Below are positions 14,743 through 23,656 of a stretch of DNA of 32,000 nucleotides, piece by piece. The notes below the pieces were generated by a model. The model made no database searches, was not told the DNA's origin, and was given only the letters and a program-made list of their open reading frames with translations. The stretch is from Candidatus Saccharimonas sp. Lineage in GTDB: Bacteria > Patescibacteriota > Saccharimonadia > Saccharimonadales > Saccharimonadaceae. The position numbers and the translations under genes were made by a program. The stretch covers positions 270,001-302,000 of the forward strand of contig CP076101.2 in assembly GCA_015256915.3 (NCBI GenBank), in the 5' to 3' direction. Position 1 is the stretch's first letter. Each line of letters opens with the position of its first letter.

Positions 14743-15667
14743 ATAAACTAGCCTGTCGTTCTGGCAAATTAAGTTCAATAATTTTTGGTGAAATTCGAAT
14801 TTTTCGCCCCGTAAATTTTTTAAGTGGTATTGAAATAATTTCACCTTGTTGTTCAGCAAGTAAAATATAGCCAACTTGAGCTTTTAAAATACCCGAAAAA
14901 ATCAAAGTTTTATCGTTTTGATTTTGAGGACAATTTTGTATTTCAAGCATTTCTCCGCTTGGAATTTTACCATTTTTTGAATAAAATTTATTCAAATCTA
15001 TTGGATCTTGCTTTTCGAAAACTACTTTTTGAGCGGTTTCTATTTTTTTGCGAGCATCAAGAAGTGCTTTTTCTGCTTTCGAAAAAACAAAATCTTGTTC
15101 AAGCAATTTTAATTTTACATTTGCCTTGACATTTTCGCAAAAATCTGTCATTTTGGATATTTTCTCTTCATAATTTCGAGCAATATTTGCACTCGAAAAT
15201 TCACCTAAAATCAACGCGGCTCTCGCCCCTTGTTCAAGCAATCTTGCAATTCCTCTACCTGCAAAACTAATTCCAACCTTGATAGTTTCATTTGAAAAAT
15301 ATGCTAAATAAACAAAATGTGGCTGCAAATTTCGCTCAATCTGTTGTTTTGAAATTTCCCCATCTTTTACATTGTAGAATGCTGGATTAAAGCCGGTTCT
15401 CTTTTGGCAATTTTGACATTGTTCATATTTTTTGTCAAGTTCATAATTTTCTGGGCAGACAAAATCTTCACCCGTTTTCAAACTATGCCAACCAATACAA
15501 AATCGTTTTGAAAGGTTAATTTCTATTGAAATCGGTTCTTCAAATTCTGGCGAGAAGCTTAAAATCTCACCAGAACCCAAATCTGCCAACCTCCAACGTG
15601 GTTTTTGGTTTTTATCGAAATCGACACGGGTTAAAAGGTAGTCTTTTTCAAAAAAATCTTTATTCAT
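14732..15667 (-). CDS. hypothetical Zn-ribbon protein with a T5orf172/DUF2797-like (GIY-YIG-superfamily-like) core
   Basis: Four Cys (FCIGWH..FVCPEN..EQCQNCQ) are followed by HFVYLAYFSNETIKVGISFAGRGIARLLEQGA, which resembles the hYhhYh...hKhGhT...R motif of DUF2797/T5orf172 proteins. This comes from motif memory, not an HMM. The start overlaps the helicase stop (TAATG). Confidence 0.55.
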   Translation of the reverse strand: MNKDFFEKDYLLTRVDFDKNQKPRWRLADLGSGEILSFSPEFEEPISIEINLSKRFCIGWHSLKTGEDFVCPENYELDKKYEQCQNCQKRTGFNPAFYNVKDGEISKQQIERNLQPHFVYLAYFSNETIKVGISFAGRGIARLLEQGARAALILGEFSSANIARNYEEKISKMTDFCENVKANVKLKLLEQDFVFSKAEKALLDARKKIETAQKVVFEKQDPIDLNKFYSKNGKIPSGEMLEIQNCPQNQNDKTLIFSGILKAQVGYILLAEQQGEIISIPLKKFTGRKIRISPKIIELNLPERQASLFDF

Positions 15668-18600
15668 TAGTTATTCGAATCCTTAAAATCTGCGATCAAA
15701 TCTGCCTCAAAGGCTCGTGTTCCTTTTATATCTTTCGAATATTTTTCTTCATCTAGTACAAAATCAAATGATTTAATTTTAGCCCAAACAGCTTGAATCA
15801 GAGTTTTTAGCCGTTCCTCTTCTTCAGGTTTAAATATGACTTCAAAATTATAAGTTTTTTCAGTGTGTTTGTCTTGCTCAATGAATTCCAAAACACCCTT
15901 TTCAACCGTGTAGCCCGAAAATTCTGGTGTATTTTCGATCAAAATTTTATAAAAATATAGCTGTTGTGTATATTCGTGAATTTTTGTTGAATTTGTATCG
16001 AATTTATTAGTTTTAGTATTAAAAGGAATTGAACCGGTCTTATAATCAACGACTGTGATTTTTTTATTTTCGCGGTCTATTCGAATTAGATCAATTTTTC
16101 CAGTTAGAACCGCATCTCCAACCGTTACACCAATACCACTAAAGTTTTTTTCAGCTATATTTCCAGGTTTAAATTCATCTAGGTTATTCTTGAAAAAGTT
16201 TTCAAAAATTTGATTAAATCTTTCTAAAATTTCTTCTTTATCTTTTTCCGAGAGTGGGTATTTCGAAAATCTTTCAATAGCATATTTTTTAATATTATCA
16301 ATATTTGGTGTATTGCCAGAATTAATTTCATCTTGAATGTAGTTAAAGCCTTCATGAACGATATTTCCAAGCGTTAGAGCTGGACCATAAGTTCCGGGAA
16401 AACATAAAATTTTATTTTCAAAAAAGGTTTGAGGGCCTTTATATTGGAGGCTTGTATAGGAGTTTAGATCTGTTGGGCTTAATTTGTAGTTTTTGACTCT
16501 TGGCTTCAAAAGCTCCCGCATTTCTTCATTTTTGATGGTATAAAATTCGTGCCAGTTTGTTTCAATTTCATCAGCTTCAAGTGATTCTCTTTGGATTTTT
16601 GAAACCTCTTGCCATTTTTTAGGTAGAATCTTTGATTTTAGGACTCCGTCTTCTTCTCGCTCATCTAAAAATGATAGTGTTTTTTTGGTTTTTCCAGTTA
16701 AATCACTGTTGTAGTTTGTAAGATAAAGTTGAGTTTTTGCACGTGTCATTGCTACAAACATCAAGCGTTTGCGCGTATCTTCACCCTCATCTTCAATATT
16801 TGTAAATTTAAGGTTCGCGGGCATCGTGATATTTTCGCCACCACCGCCTTTTCTTGCAGAATTCCAGCTATCTTGATTGAGCGAAATTAGAAAGGTATAT
16901 TCAAACTCCAAGCCTTTTGCTACAAAGGGTGTCATAACTTGAACTGCATTTTCACTTGTATTGTGCGGATTTGTACTTAGAATTTGAATTTCAAATTCTT
17001 CGCATAATTCAACATAATTTATTAGAATATCAAGCTTATTATTTTCTTCATTCGAAAAATCTCGCAGTTTATCTCGCAGAATAGTTAAGTTTAAGATTGT
17101 ATCATAAAATTCTTCGTCAGATTTTTGCGAAATAAAATCTCGAATTGGTGATTTTAAGCCTTCGCGAATTTCTCTTGAACCCAAAATATAATCAAAAAGC
17201 TCTTCGAAAGTCTTTTCGTATGAAAATTCAGCTAGCGTAACTAAAATTTCACCCAAATTTCGAATTTGTTCAACTTCGCTTTTCAATATAGCTTCAATCC
17301 AAAAATCACGATTATCTTTGGCTGCCCAACTTATTTTCCAAACTTCAACTGGTGGAATTTGCCAAAAATCAAAACTCAAAACTTCAGGGAAAAGATTCGC
17401 CATTTTATCTTCGTCTTTATCGCGAATTGCCAAAATTAGCTTCGAAATCTTAATTAGCTGCGAAATTATTTCATTTTTTAGAATATTTTCGCGTTTCTCA
17501 TAATAAATTGGTATATTTTGGTTTTTTAAATATGGCACAAAAGCTTGCAGAATTTTGTGCTTTGGCGCAATTACGGCAATTTCTTTTGGCGTAACTCCGT
17601 TTTGAATTAAATTCGAAATTTTTTCTGCAACCCAAGAAAATTCTGCAATTTGACTTTCGAAATTTGTTCGTTCAAGCTGAATTTTTCGGTCGATGAAGTT
17701 CCCTTCCGCTGAAATATCTTTCTCAATTTTAATTGGCAAGTTTTTAGTTAGTCGCCCTGAAATCGTATTTGCAACATTTTTTGAAGCAGTTAAAATATCG
17801 CCGTGCGAGCGGTAATTTTTAGTTAAGTTGATGACTTTTGTGTTTTCGCCAAAACGATTGTAAAAATCAATCATGTTCGACTTACTTGCACCTTGAAAAG
17901 CCATGATTGCTTGGTCGTCATCACCCACTGCCAAGACATTTGGCTTACCCTCCATAACAGGATTATTTGTGAGCAGTTCAATAATTTTCGCCTGCGAATC
18001 ATTAGTATCTTGGTATTCGTCTAATAGTAAATATTGATATTTTTCTTGAAGCGTGAACCTAAAATCATCGTTATCTTCAAGTGTTTCGATAACTTCCAAA
18101 ATCATATCATTAAAATCATAAAGCCCACGATTTTTCATTTCATTATTGAATTTTTCATAAAAATCAGCAAATTCAAGTAGTTTTTTATTTGCGTAAGTAT
18201 CGCTGATTTGAAAATTATCTTCGAAATCTTTTAAATCAAGAAAAGTATTTTTCCAATCTGTTAAAGGTTTTGATTTTCCAGTTTCTTCTGCCTCAAGGTA
18301 GGCTTCATTTAATTTTTCGAAATAAAAATACAGGTTACTTTTAAACTTTGTATCGTTTAAATCTTTTGAGATTGAATTTTCTAAATTATCGCGAATTGCT
18401 GAGTAAAACGGCTGAACCTTCGCAAAAGTTCTCCCATCAACGCGTAATCCTTTAATGCTCTCGTTAAAAATTTCTTGCTCAGAAATATTTGCCTTCGCAA
18501 CTTTTCGCAAATCATCTGGCGAAATATAAGCATTTTTCATTTCTTTTATCGTGGAGGCGATGTTTGAAATAGAGATTTTTTTGAGTTTTGAAGAACTTGG

Positions 18601-19005
18601 CAATTCGTTTGATATTTTTGTTATAATTTCTTTTGTAACTAATTCATCGGCGGCTTCGTTAAGATTTTTATCTGTAAAATATTCGCGATAGTTTTGAATA
18701 ATTTCATTTGCGAAACCGTGATAAGTGAAAATTCCAACCTTAAAAGAATCCGTACCGATAAAACGTGAAAGTCGCTCGCGCATATTCGAAGCTCCAGCTT
18801 CAGTAAAGGTCATTGCAAGGATATTCTCTGGCGCTGTGTCGGTTTTTTGTAAAATATTGGCAATTCGTGTCGAGAGCAATTGAGTTTTCCCTGTCCCCGG
18901 CCCGGCAATCACCAAGACTGGTCCATCGATTGTATCGACCGCCTCTTTCTGCTCAGCGTTTAACATTTTATAATTTTTTTCGAAAATCTTTTGAAAGTCG
19001 TTCAT
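15667..19005 (-). CDS. UvrD/PcrA/AddA-type superfamily-1 helicase fused to a C-terminal PD-(D/E)XK (RecB-family) nuclease
   Basis: 1112 aa. Walker A IAGPGTGKTQ, motif II LLLDEYQDTN, motif III AVGDDDQAIMAFQGA, NYRS, and VMTPFVAKGLEFEY. The C-terminal nuclease motifs are GKIDLIRID...VVDYKTG and QQLYFYKIL. Confidence 0.9.
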   Translation of the reverse strand: MNDFQKIFEKNYKMLNAEQKEAVDTIDGPVLVIAGPGTGKTQLLSTRIANILQKTDTAPENILAMTFTEAGASNMRERLSRFIGTDSFKVGIFTYHGFANEIIQNYREYFTDKNLNEAADELVTKEIITKISNELPSSSKLKKISISNIASTIKEMKNAYISPDDLRKVAKANISEQEIFNESIKGLRVDGRTFAKVQPFYSAIRDNLENSISKDLNDTKFKSNLYFYFEKLNEAYLEAEETGKSKPLTDWKNTFLDLKDFEDNFQISDTYANKKLLEFADFYEKFNNEMKNRGLYDFNDMILEVIETLEDNDDFRFTLQEKYQYLLLDEYQDTNDSQAKIIELLTNNPVMEGKPNVLAVGDDDQAIMAFQGASKSNMIDFYNRFGENTKVINLTKNYRSHGDILTASKNVANTISGRLTKNLPIKIEKDISAEGNFIDRKIQLERTNFESQIAEFSWVAEKISNLIQNGVTPKEIAVIAPKHKILQAFVPYLKNQNIPIYYEKRENILKNEIISQLIKISKLILAIRDKDEDKMANLFPEVLSFDFWQIPPVEVWKISWAAKDNRDFWIEAILKSEVEQIRNLGEILVTLAEFSYEKTFEELFDYILGSREIREGLKSPIRDFISQKSDEEFYDTILNLTILRDKLRDFSNEENNKLDILINYVELCEEFEIQILSTNPHNTSENAVQVMTPFVAKGLEFEYTFLISLNQDSWNSARKGGGGENITMPANLKFTNIEDEGEDTRKRLMFVAMTRAKTQLYLTNYNSDLTGKTKKTLSFLDEREEDGVLKSKILPKKWQEVSKIQRESLEADEIETNWHEFYTIKNEEMRELLKPRVKNYKLSPTDLNSYTSLQYKGPQTFFENKILCFPGTYGPALTLGNIVHEGFNYIQDEINSGNTPNIDNIKKYAIERFSKYPLSEKDKEEILERFNQIFENFFKNNLDEFKPGNIAEKNFSGIGVTVGDAVLTGKIDLIRIDRENKKITVVDYKTGSIPFNTKTNKFDTNSTKIHEYTQQLYFYKILIENTPEFSGYTVEKGVLEFIEQDKHTEKTYNFEVIFKPEEEERLKTLIQAVWAKIKSFDFVLDEEKYSKDIKGTRAFEADLIADFKDSNN

Positions 19006-19011
19006 TCTTCC

Positions 19012-19040
19012 ATTTTATCATAAAAAGCGAACCTTGTTTA
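19012..19040 (-). promoter_or_regulatory. putative leaderless promoter of the helicase-nuclease gene (extended -10, weak -35)
   Basis: Minus strand: TGA-TAAAAT (19020-19012), 6 nt, ATG 19005. The -35 position reads TAAACA. It lies immediately after the upstream terminator hairpin. Confidence 0.45.
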
Positions 19041-19050
19041 GAGTTCGCTT
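19021..19050 (-). terminator. rho-independent terminator of the 83-aa membrane protein gene
   Basis: Stem AGCGAAC (19026-19032) / GTTCGCT (19043-19049), 10-nt loop, UUUUU in minus-strand RNA (19025-19021). It overlaps the stop codon at 19038. Confidence 0.65.
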
Positions 19051-19289
19051 TGCGATTTATGTGAATATTCTCCGTTTTCGTTTGGTGAATACTTAAGATT
19101 GAGATTTTTCTCGAGTGATTCAATTCTATCTTGATAATTTTTTTCAATTTTTTGCTGTCCATCAAAATTTTTAAGATAATCACTATAAAAAATCCCAAGA
19201 ATGATACTATTTACGACTAGCCCAATAAGAAGAATAATAGTTAAAATAATATGTAAAATTGATAAATCTCTTTTTTCGAAAAATTTCAT
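19038..19289 (-). CDS. hypothetical small single-pass membrane protein (83 aa)
   Basis: AAAGGA Shine-Dalgarno. TM helix ILHIILTIILLIGLVVNSIILGIF. It is preferred over the overlapping frame 18968..19198 because it has a Shine-Dalgarno, a TM segment and a terminator. Confidence 0.55.
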   Translation of the reverse strand: MKFFEKRDLSILHIILTIILLIGLVVNSIILGIFYSDYLKNFDGQQKIEKNYQDRIESLEKNLNLKYSPNENGEYSHKSQSEL

Positions 19290-19376
19290 AAATTCCTTTC
19301 TCGTATTTTATACTAATTAAAGCATAAGTTTAATAAAAAAACAATATTTAGAAAACGAAAAAGCCCGCGATGCGAG

Positions 19377-19904
19377 CTAAAAATCTATCGGTTGAAATCT
19401 GCCGTCCATAAACATATCTTTTGGCCGCGACCAGATTTCACTATTACCAATTTCGCAATAATTTACGAGTTCTTCATCCTGTTCTGTGTGGTGAGAAATA
19501 CTTAAAATTTCGTATTCCCCACCTTTATAATGCTTATACCTTTCACCAATTTCAATTTTTTTAAGAGGCTTAAAAGGGTTATGGCCCAGACAATCATGAA
19601 GGATCTTTTCAATAATCTTGCGGATTTCTAATTTTGAGCATTCTGTTATTTCAAAATTATTGTCATTTATTAAAAAGCTAAAAGAAACCGATGGTCTATC
19701 GGGAGAAATCCCCATTTCAGGAATTAACAATCCCGAATAATCAAGCTCTAAATTTTTAGCCGTAAAACTATCTCGCAAATTATAAGAAAATAAACCTTCC
19801 CAATCAATTGCTCGAATTGACAAAATAATTTGCTTATGAATAAGCGTTAAGTTTTTTTTTGAATCAAGCGTTGTATCCTTTGCAGTTTCTTCTAAAGAAA
19901 TCAT
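19377..19904 (-). CDS. DUF1653 domain-containing protein with an unassigned N-terminal domain
   Basis: C-terminus YKHYKGGEYEILSISHHTEQDEELVNYCEIGNSEIWSRPKDMF fits the DUF1653 signature. The start is moved to ATG 19904 (GGAGGT at 19911-19916, 6-nt spacing). The track start is a TTG inside the tig terminator. Confidence 0.7.
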   Translation of the reverse strand: MISLEETAKDTTLDSKKNLTLIHKQIILSIRAIDWEGLFSYNLRDSFTAKNLELDYSGLLIPEMGISPDRPSVSFSFLINDNNFEITECSKLEIRKIIEKILHDCLGHNPFKPLKKIEIGERYKHYKGGEYEILSISHHTEQDEELVNYCEIGNSEIWSRPKDMFMDGRFQPIDF

Positions 19905-19955
19905 AAAACCACCTCCAAATGTGCTAGTTATAACTATTATAAAATAAAGCATAAG

Positions 19956-19980
19956 TAAAAACAAGCCCTTCCGAGCCTGT
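19956..19980 (-). terminator. terminator of tig
   Basis: The 8-bp stem (19961-19968 / 19973-19980) is complete only in minus-strand RNA, where two plus-strand mismatches become G-U. GGAA loop, then UUUU. Confidence 0.5.
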
Positions 19981-19999
19981 TTTTATAAAATTTTTAAAA

Positions 20000-21280
20000 C
20001 TATGAATTAAATTTTACCAATAAATCAATTGTTTTTTCGGTCAAAATCTGATTTGCTAAGTTTCTGCGAACATCATCAGATGAAAGCTGTTTTTGGACCT
20101 CTTTGCTATTTCCATATTGTTCTTTAAGTTGCGCAATTCGGTCGTCAAGCTCTTTAGTGTCTGACTTAACTTTTTCAACTTTCGAAAGCTCTGCTAAAGC
20201 CAATCCAGATTTTACGCGCATTTCAGCTACTTCTTTAACGTCTTTTTCAAGCCATTCTTCATGAGTTTTGCCCATTCGTTCAAGATAGTCTTCAAGTGAA
20301 AGCCCAGAATACATCAAATTTTGTTGCATATCCATTTCGATGCTGCGCTTTTGATCTTCGAGCAAGATCTCTGGTACGGGAACTTTCGAAACTTCTGCCA
20401 ATTTTTTAACAATTTCATCTTTGAATTTTTCATCTGCTTCGGCTTGTTTTTGGGTTTTTAAATCTTCTTCAATCTGTTTTTCGAATTCTTCTTTAGTTTT
20501 GAAATCACCTAATTTCGAAAGGAATTCTTCGTTGATTTCTGGCTCAACATTTTCTCGAACTTCGTGAATTTTTACTTCAAAAACAACTTTTGCACCAGCC
20601 AAGTCTTTTGCGTGGTAGTCTTTTGGAAATTCTAGATCAAGTGAAAGTTCATCGCCAGCTTTTTTGCCAATCAAACCTTCTTCAAACCCAGGAATGAAAG
20701 ATTTTGAACCAAGTTCAAGTGGAAATTTTTCAGCTTTTCCACCATCAAAAGCAACACCATCTTTTTTGCCCAAAAAGTCAATAATGACTTCATCGCCATT
20801 TTTTGCCTCACGCTCAACTTTTTTCTTTTCGGCAAAATTCTTCAAAATTCGATCGATTGTTTCTTTAACTTCTTTTTTTGAAACTTTTGCAGCCTCTTTT
20901 TTTACTCCTAATTTTTTATAGTCGCCAAGTTCAACTTTTGGCATAATTTCGGTAGTTGCGGTAAATTCTAGCTCAGTTCCAGGAATAAATTTTTTGACAT
21001 CAACTTCTGGTCGATTAATTGCCTGAACTTTTTCTTTTAGAAATGCTTCAGCAACAGATTTTGAAAGCGCATTTTCAAGCGTTTCCTGATTGAGTAAAAT
21101 TGGGTCAACTTGCGCAGCAACCATTTCGAGTGGTGCTTTTCCTTTTCGAAAGCCTTCAATTTTAACTTCTTTAGCGAGCTTTGTTAGTGCAACTTGCTCA
21201 GCAGCTTTTAATTCCTCAGCTCCAAGAGAAATTGTGAGCTCAACTTTTACATCTGAAATATTCTTTAACTTTGTCTTCAT
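20000..21280 (-). CDS. tig: trigger factor
   Basis: N-terminal ribosome-binding region with GFRKGKAP, an FKBP-type PPIase segment (GDEVIIDFLGKKDGVAFDGGKAEKFPLELGSKSFIPGFEEGLIG), and a C-terminal helical domain. The start is set at ATG 21280 (MKTKLKN..) because the track start 21304 lies upstream of the -10 box. Confidence 0.93.
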   Translation of the reverse strand: MKTKLKNISDVKVELTISLGAEELKAAEQVALTKLAKEVKIEGFRKGKAPLEMVAAQVDPILLNQETLENALSKSVAEAFLKEKVQAINRPEVDVKKFIPGTELEFTATTEIMPKVELGDYKKLGVKKEAAKVSKKEVKETIDRILKNFAEKKKVEREAKNGDEVIIDFLGKKDGVAFDGGKAEKFPLELGSKSFIPGFEEGLIGKKAGDELSLDLEFPKDYHAKDLAGAKVVFEVKIHEVRENVEPEINEEFLSKLGDFKTKEEFEKQIEEDLKTQKQAEADEKFKDEIVKKLAEVSKVPVPEILLEDQKRSIEMDMQQNLMYSGLSLEDYLERMGKTHEEWLEKDVKEVAEMRVKSGLALAELSKVEKVKSDTKELDDRIAQLKEQYGNSKEVQKQLSSDDVRRNLANQILTEKTIDLLVKFNS

Positions 21281-21289
21281 ATCTATATA

Positions 21290-21318
21290 ATTATAACACA
21301 CCATATTTTTTTATGCAA
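21290..21318 (-). promoter_or_regulatory. putative tig promoter (extended -10, near-leaderless)
   Basis: Minus strand: TTGCAT (21318-21313), 17 nt, TGT-TATAAT (21298-21290), 9 nt, ATG 21280. There is no Shine-Dalgarno. Confidence 0.6.
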
Positions 21319-21417
21319 AAAGAGTACTAATAAATGCTCAATAGTTTAGGAATATGCAGTCCTCATTTATAAAAATTAAAAAGATATAAAAACAAACTAT
21401 TTTTATCTAATGAATAA

Positions 21418-21993
21418 TTATTTTGTCAAATAATTTCGCCGCACAAATTCATACATCAAAATGCCGCTAGCCACCCCAACATTAACACTTCTTGTTGAGC
21501 CGAATTGTTCAATTGCGATCATCTCTTCGCAGGCCTTGATCATTTCTTCTGAAAGACCATCGCTCTCATTTCCGAAAACGAAAATAGAGCCTTTTGAAAG
21601 TTGTGCATTATTTAGATTTTTTGCACCTTTCTGGTTGTCAATTGCAATAAGTTTAGATTTGTTCTCTTTTGCCCAATCTATGAAATCTTGCACGGTTTTA
21701 TGATGAAAAACATTCATATAAGCCTCGGTCTTCATTGCACCGCGCCGATTCCAATGTTTTTTGCCAACAATATGAATTCCTGCAGCATTAAAAGCATTGG
21801 CGTTTCGAGCGATTGTGCCAATATTAAAATCGTGCTGAAAGTTCTCAACAGCAATATGAAAATCGTGGCGTGAAGTTTCAAGATCTTTTTTAATTTCTTC
21901 AACTGATATACCCTTGTATTTATCAATCACATTTCGGGTATCGTTTTGAACGGTTAAACCTTCGCCAGTTTCGAAATTTGGTTTATTTTCCAT
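21418..21993 (-). CDS. SpoU/TrmH-family RNA 2'-O-methyltransferase
   Basis: NIGTIARNANAFNAAGIHIVG, VFGNESDGLS and RSVNVGVASGILMYEF are the three SPOUT motifs. It overlaps the upstream gene by 11 nt. Confidence 0.88.
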   Translation of the reverse strand: MENKPNFETGEGLTVQNDTRNVIDKYKGISVEEIKKDLETSRHDFHIAVENFQHDFNIGTIARNANAFNAAGIHIVGKKHWNRRGAMKTEAYMNVFHHKTVQDFIDWAKENKSKLIAIDNQKGAKNLNNAQLSKGSIFVFGNESDGLSEEMIKACEEMIAIEQFGSTRSVNVGVASGILMYEFVRRNYLTK

Positions 21994-23581
21994 TTCGAAC
22001 CGATTTCACTAATTCTTTAGTGTTTGGGCGACCTTTTACACTAGGGTTCAAAATATGCATTGGGTCGAAAATATCTTTAATCTGTGAATATAATTCTTCA
22101 ATTTCTTCACTGATATTTCTTGCAACAAAATGACCATAAATTCGCCCTTCACCCGCACCATACGCAAATTCACCATCAACTTTTGCAAGTAAAGCACCAA
22201 GGTCGGCGATGAATTTTAGTGATTTTTGACGGTCGCTAATTTTCGAAAAGTCGAATTCAGCTAGAATTTCAAAAATAGAGGTTAGCGCTGAACCTTGAAT
22301 TGGTGCGGGAATACTGTGTTGTAAGGCAAGTTTTTGAAGCCCTAGATAGAAAGTTTCGAAACGCTCCATTGGCACATAAACACCTTGAATTGGGTAAATT
22401 TCTTGCTTGATTACGCCGCTCCTTGCTCGCAAAATTTCACGAACATCACGAATTGCTTCAAGTTCAGCTTTTGAACGTTCATCGTCTTCTGGAATCCAAA
22501 CGGTTGCACCTTCAAATTTCTTGGCAATTTTTTCAATTTTATGTATTTTTGATGTAATTTTCTTCGCACTTTTATCTGAAATTCCAACAACTAAAACTAA
22601 TTTCGTGGCTAAATTTTGTGAATTCCTGTCAAGATAAAATTGGTATTTTTTACCAGAAGCAACTGCAGCTTCAAACATCTTGCCATCAAATAATTCAACA
22701 ATATCTGGTGTGAATTTAGTGATTTCATCGTTAAAATCACGCGCATCATCTCGATTTGAAAAACTTACAACCATAAAATTGGTCTCATTAATTATGTAAT
22801 TTGTTTGAATTTTTGCCTCGGTGATAATTCCTAGAGTTCCGAGCGAACCAAAAAACAACGGAATCAAATTGAACGTTCCATCTTCACTTTTTACATTTAC
22901 AATTCCAGAATAGCCGAAGCTAGAATCGCTATCGATTTGCTGAATTAAACTGTAATTATCTTCAATCAAAGTATCAATTTTGCGATAAATCTCTCCTTCA
23001 AAATTAGAAAGTGCGATTTTTTCGCTTAATTCCTTGCGGGAAATTTTTCCAATGTTAATAATATCGCCATTACTTAAGATAACTTCTGCTTCGCTAACGG
23101 AATTTACTAAGTCACCATAATTAAATTTTTCGCTTGGCAAATTCATTGCAATCGCCCCACCAACTGTAAGCCTTTCGCCAGCTGGACTTTGTGGAATTTC
23201 CATCGCTTGTGATGCAATTGCAAGATTCAATTTTTGAAAATTCGCCCCGGCTTGAACCTGAACGGTTTTAGCTCGTAAATCAAGCTCTTTAACTTTATTA
23301 AGATGTCGCGAAATATCTAATATAATTCCTCTTCCAATTGAAGAGCCATCGGTACTTCCGCCGTAGCCTCTCGCCGTAACACCAAAAATATGGCCCTTTT
23401 CAGCTAACTGCCAAGAAAACCGCATAATTTTTTGAATATCTTCACTAAAACGCGGGTAAACCACTAATTCTGGTTGAATTTTAAGAAAACTTCGGTCGGT
23501 TGAAAACTGCTTCAATCGAGTTTCGCGTGCCGAAACTTCGCCAATAATGTGTCCATTTAGATATTTCGCAATTTTACTCAT
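21983..23581 (-). CDS. FAD-binding oxidoreductase (FAD_binding_4 / GlcD-like)
   Basis: PCMH-type FAD domain: VVYPRFSEDIQKIMRF...VTARGYGGSTDGSSIGRGIILDISRHLNKV. The start is set at ATG 23581 (MSKIAKY..), 7 nt after a -10 box; the track start is a TTG at 23617. Confidence 0.85.
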   Translation of the reverse strand: MSKIAKYLNGHIIGEVSARETRLKQFSTDRSFLKIQPELVVYPRFSEDIQKIMRFSWQLAEKGHIFGVTARGYGGSTDGSSIGRGIILDISRHLNKVKELDLRAKTVQVQAGANFQKLNLAIASQAMEIPQSPAGERLTVGGAIAMNLPSEKFNYGDLVNSVSEAEVILSNGDIINIGKISRKELSEKIALSNFEGEIYRKIDTLIEDNYSLIQQIDSDSSFGYSGIVNVKSEDGTFNLIPLFFGSLGTLGIITEAKIQTNYIINETNFMVVSFSNRDDARDFNDEITKFTPDIVELFDGKMFEAAVASGKKYQFYLDRNSQNLATKLVLVVGISDKSAKKITSKIHKIEKIAKKFEGATVWIPEDDERSKAELEAIRDVREILRARSGVIKQEIYPIQGVYVPMERFETFYLGLQKLALQHSIPAPIQGSALTSIFEILAEFDFSKISDRQKSLKFIADLGALLAKVDGEFAYGAGEGRIYGHFVARNISEEIEELYSQIKDIFDPMHILNPSVKGRPNTKELVKSVRNGK

Positions 23582-23588
23582 TTGTTCC

Positions 23589-23617
23589 ATTTTAGCACAA
23601 GCACAATTAAATTTCAA
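23589..23617 (-). promoter_or_regulatory. putative leaderless promoter of the FAD oxidoreductase operon
   Basis: Minus strand: TTGAAA (23617-23612), 17 nt, TGC-TAAAAT (23597-23589), 7 nt, ATG 23581. Confidence 0.6.
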
Positions 23618-23620
23618 CTT

Positions 23621-23649
23621 TTGATTTTTATTACGAAGAATGGTAAAAT
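23621..23649 (+). promoter_or_regulatory. putative leaderless promoter of the divergent plus-strand operon
   Basis: TTGATT 23621-23626, 17 nt, TGG-TAAAAT (23641-23649), 7 nt, ATG 23657. Confidence 0.6.
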
Positions 23650-23656
23650 AGTTTAT

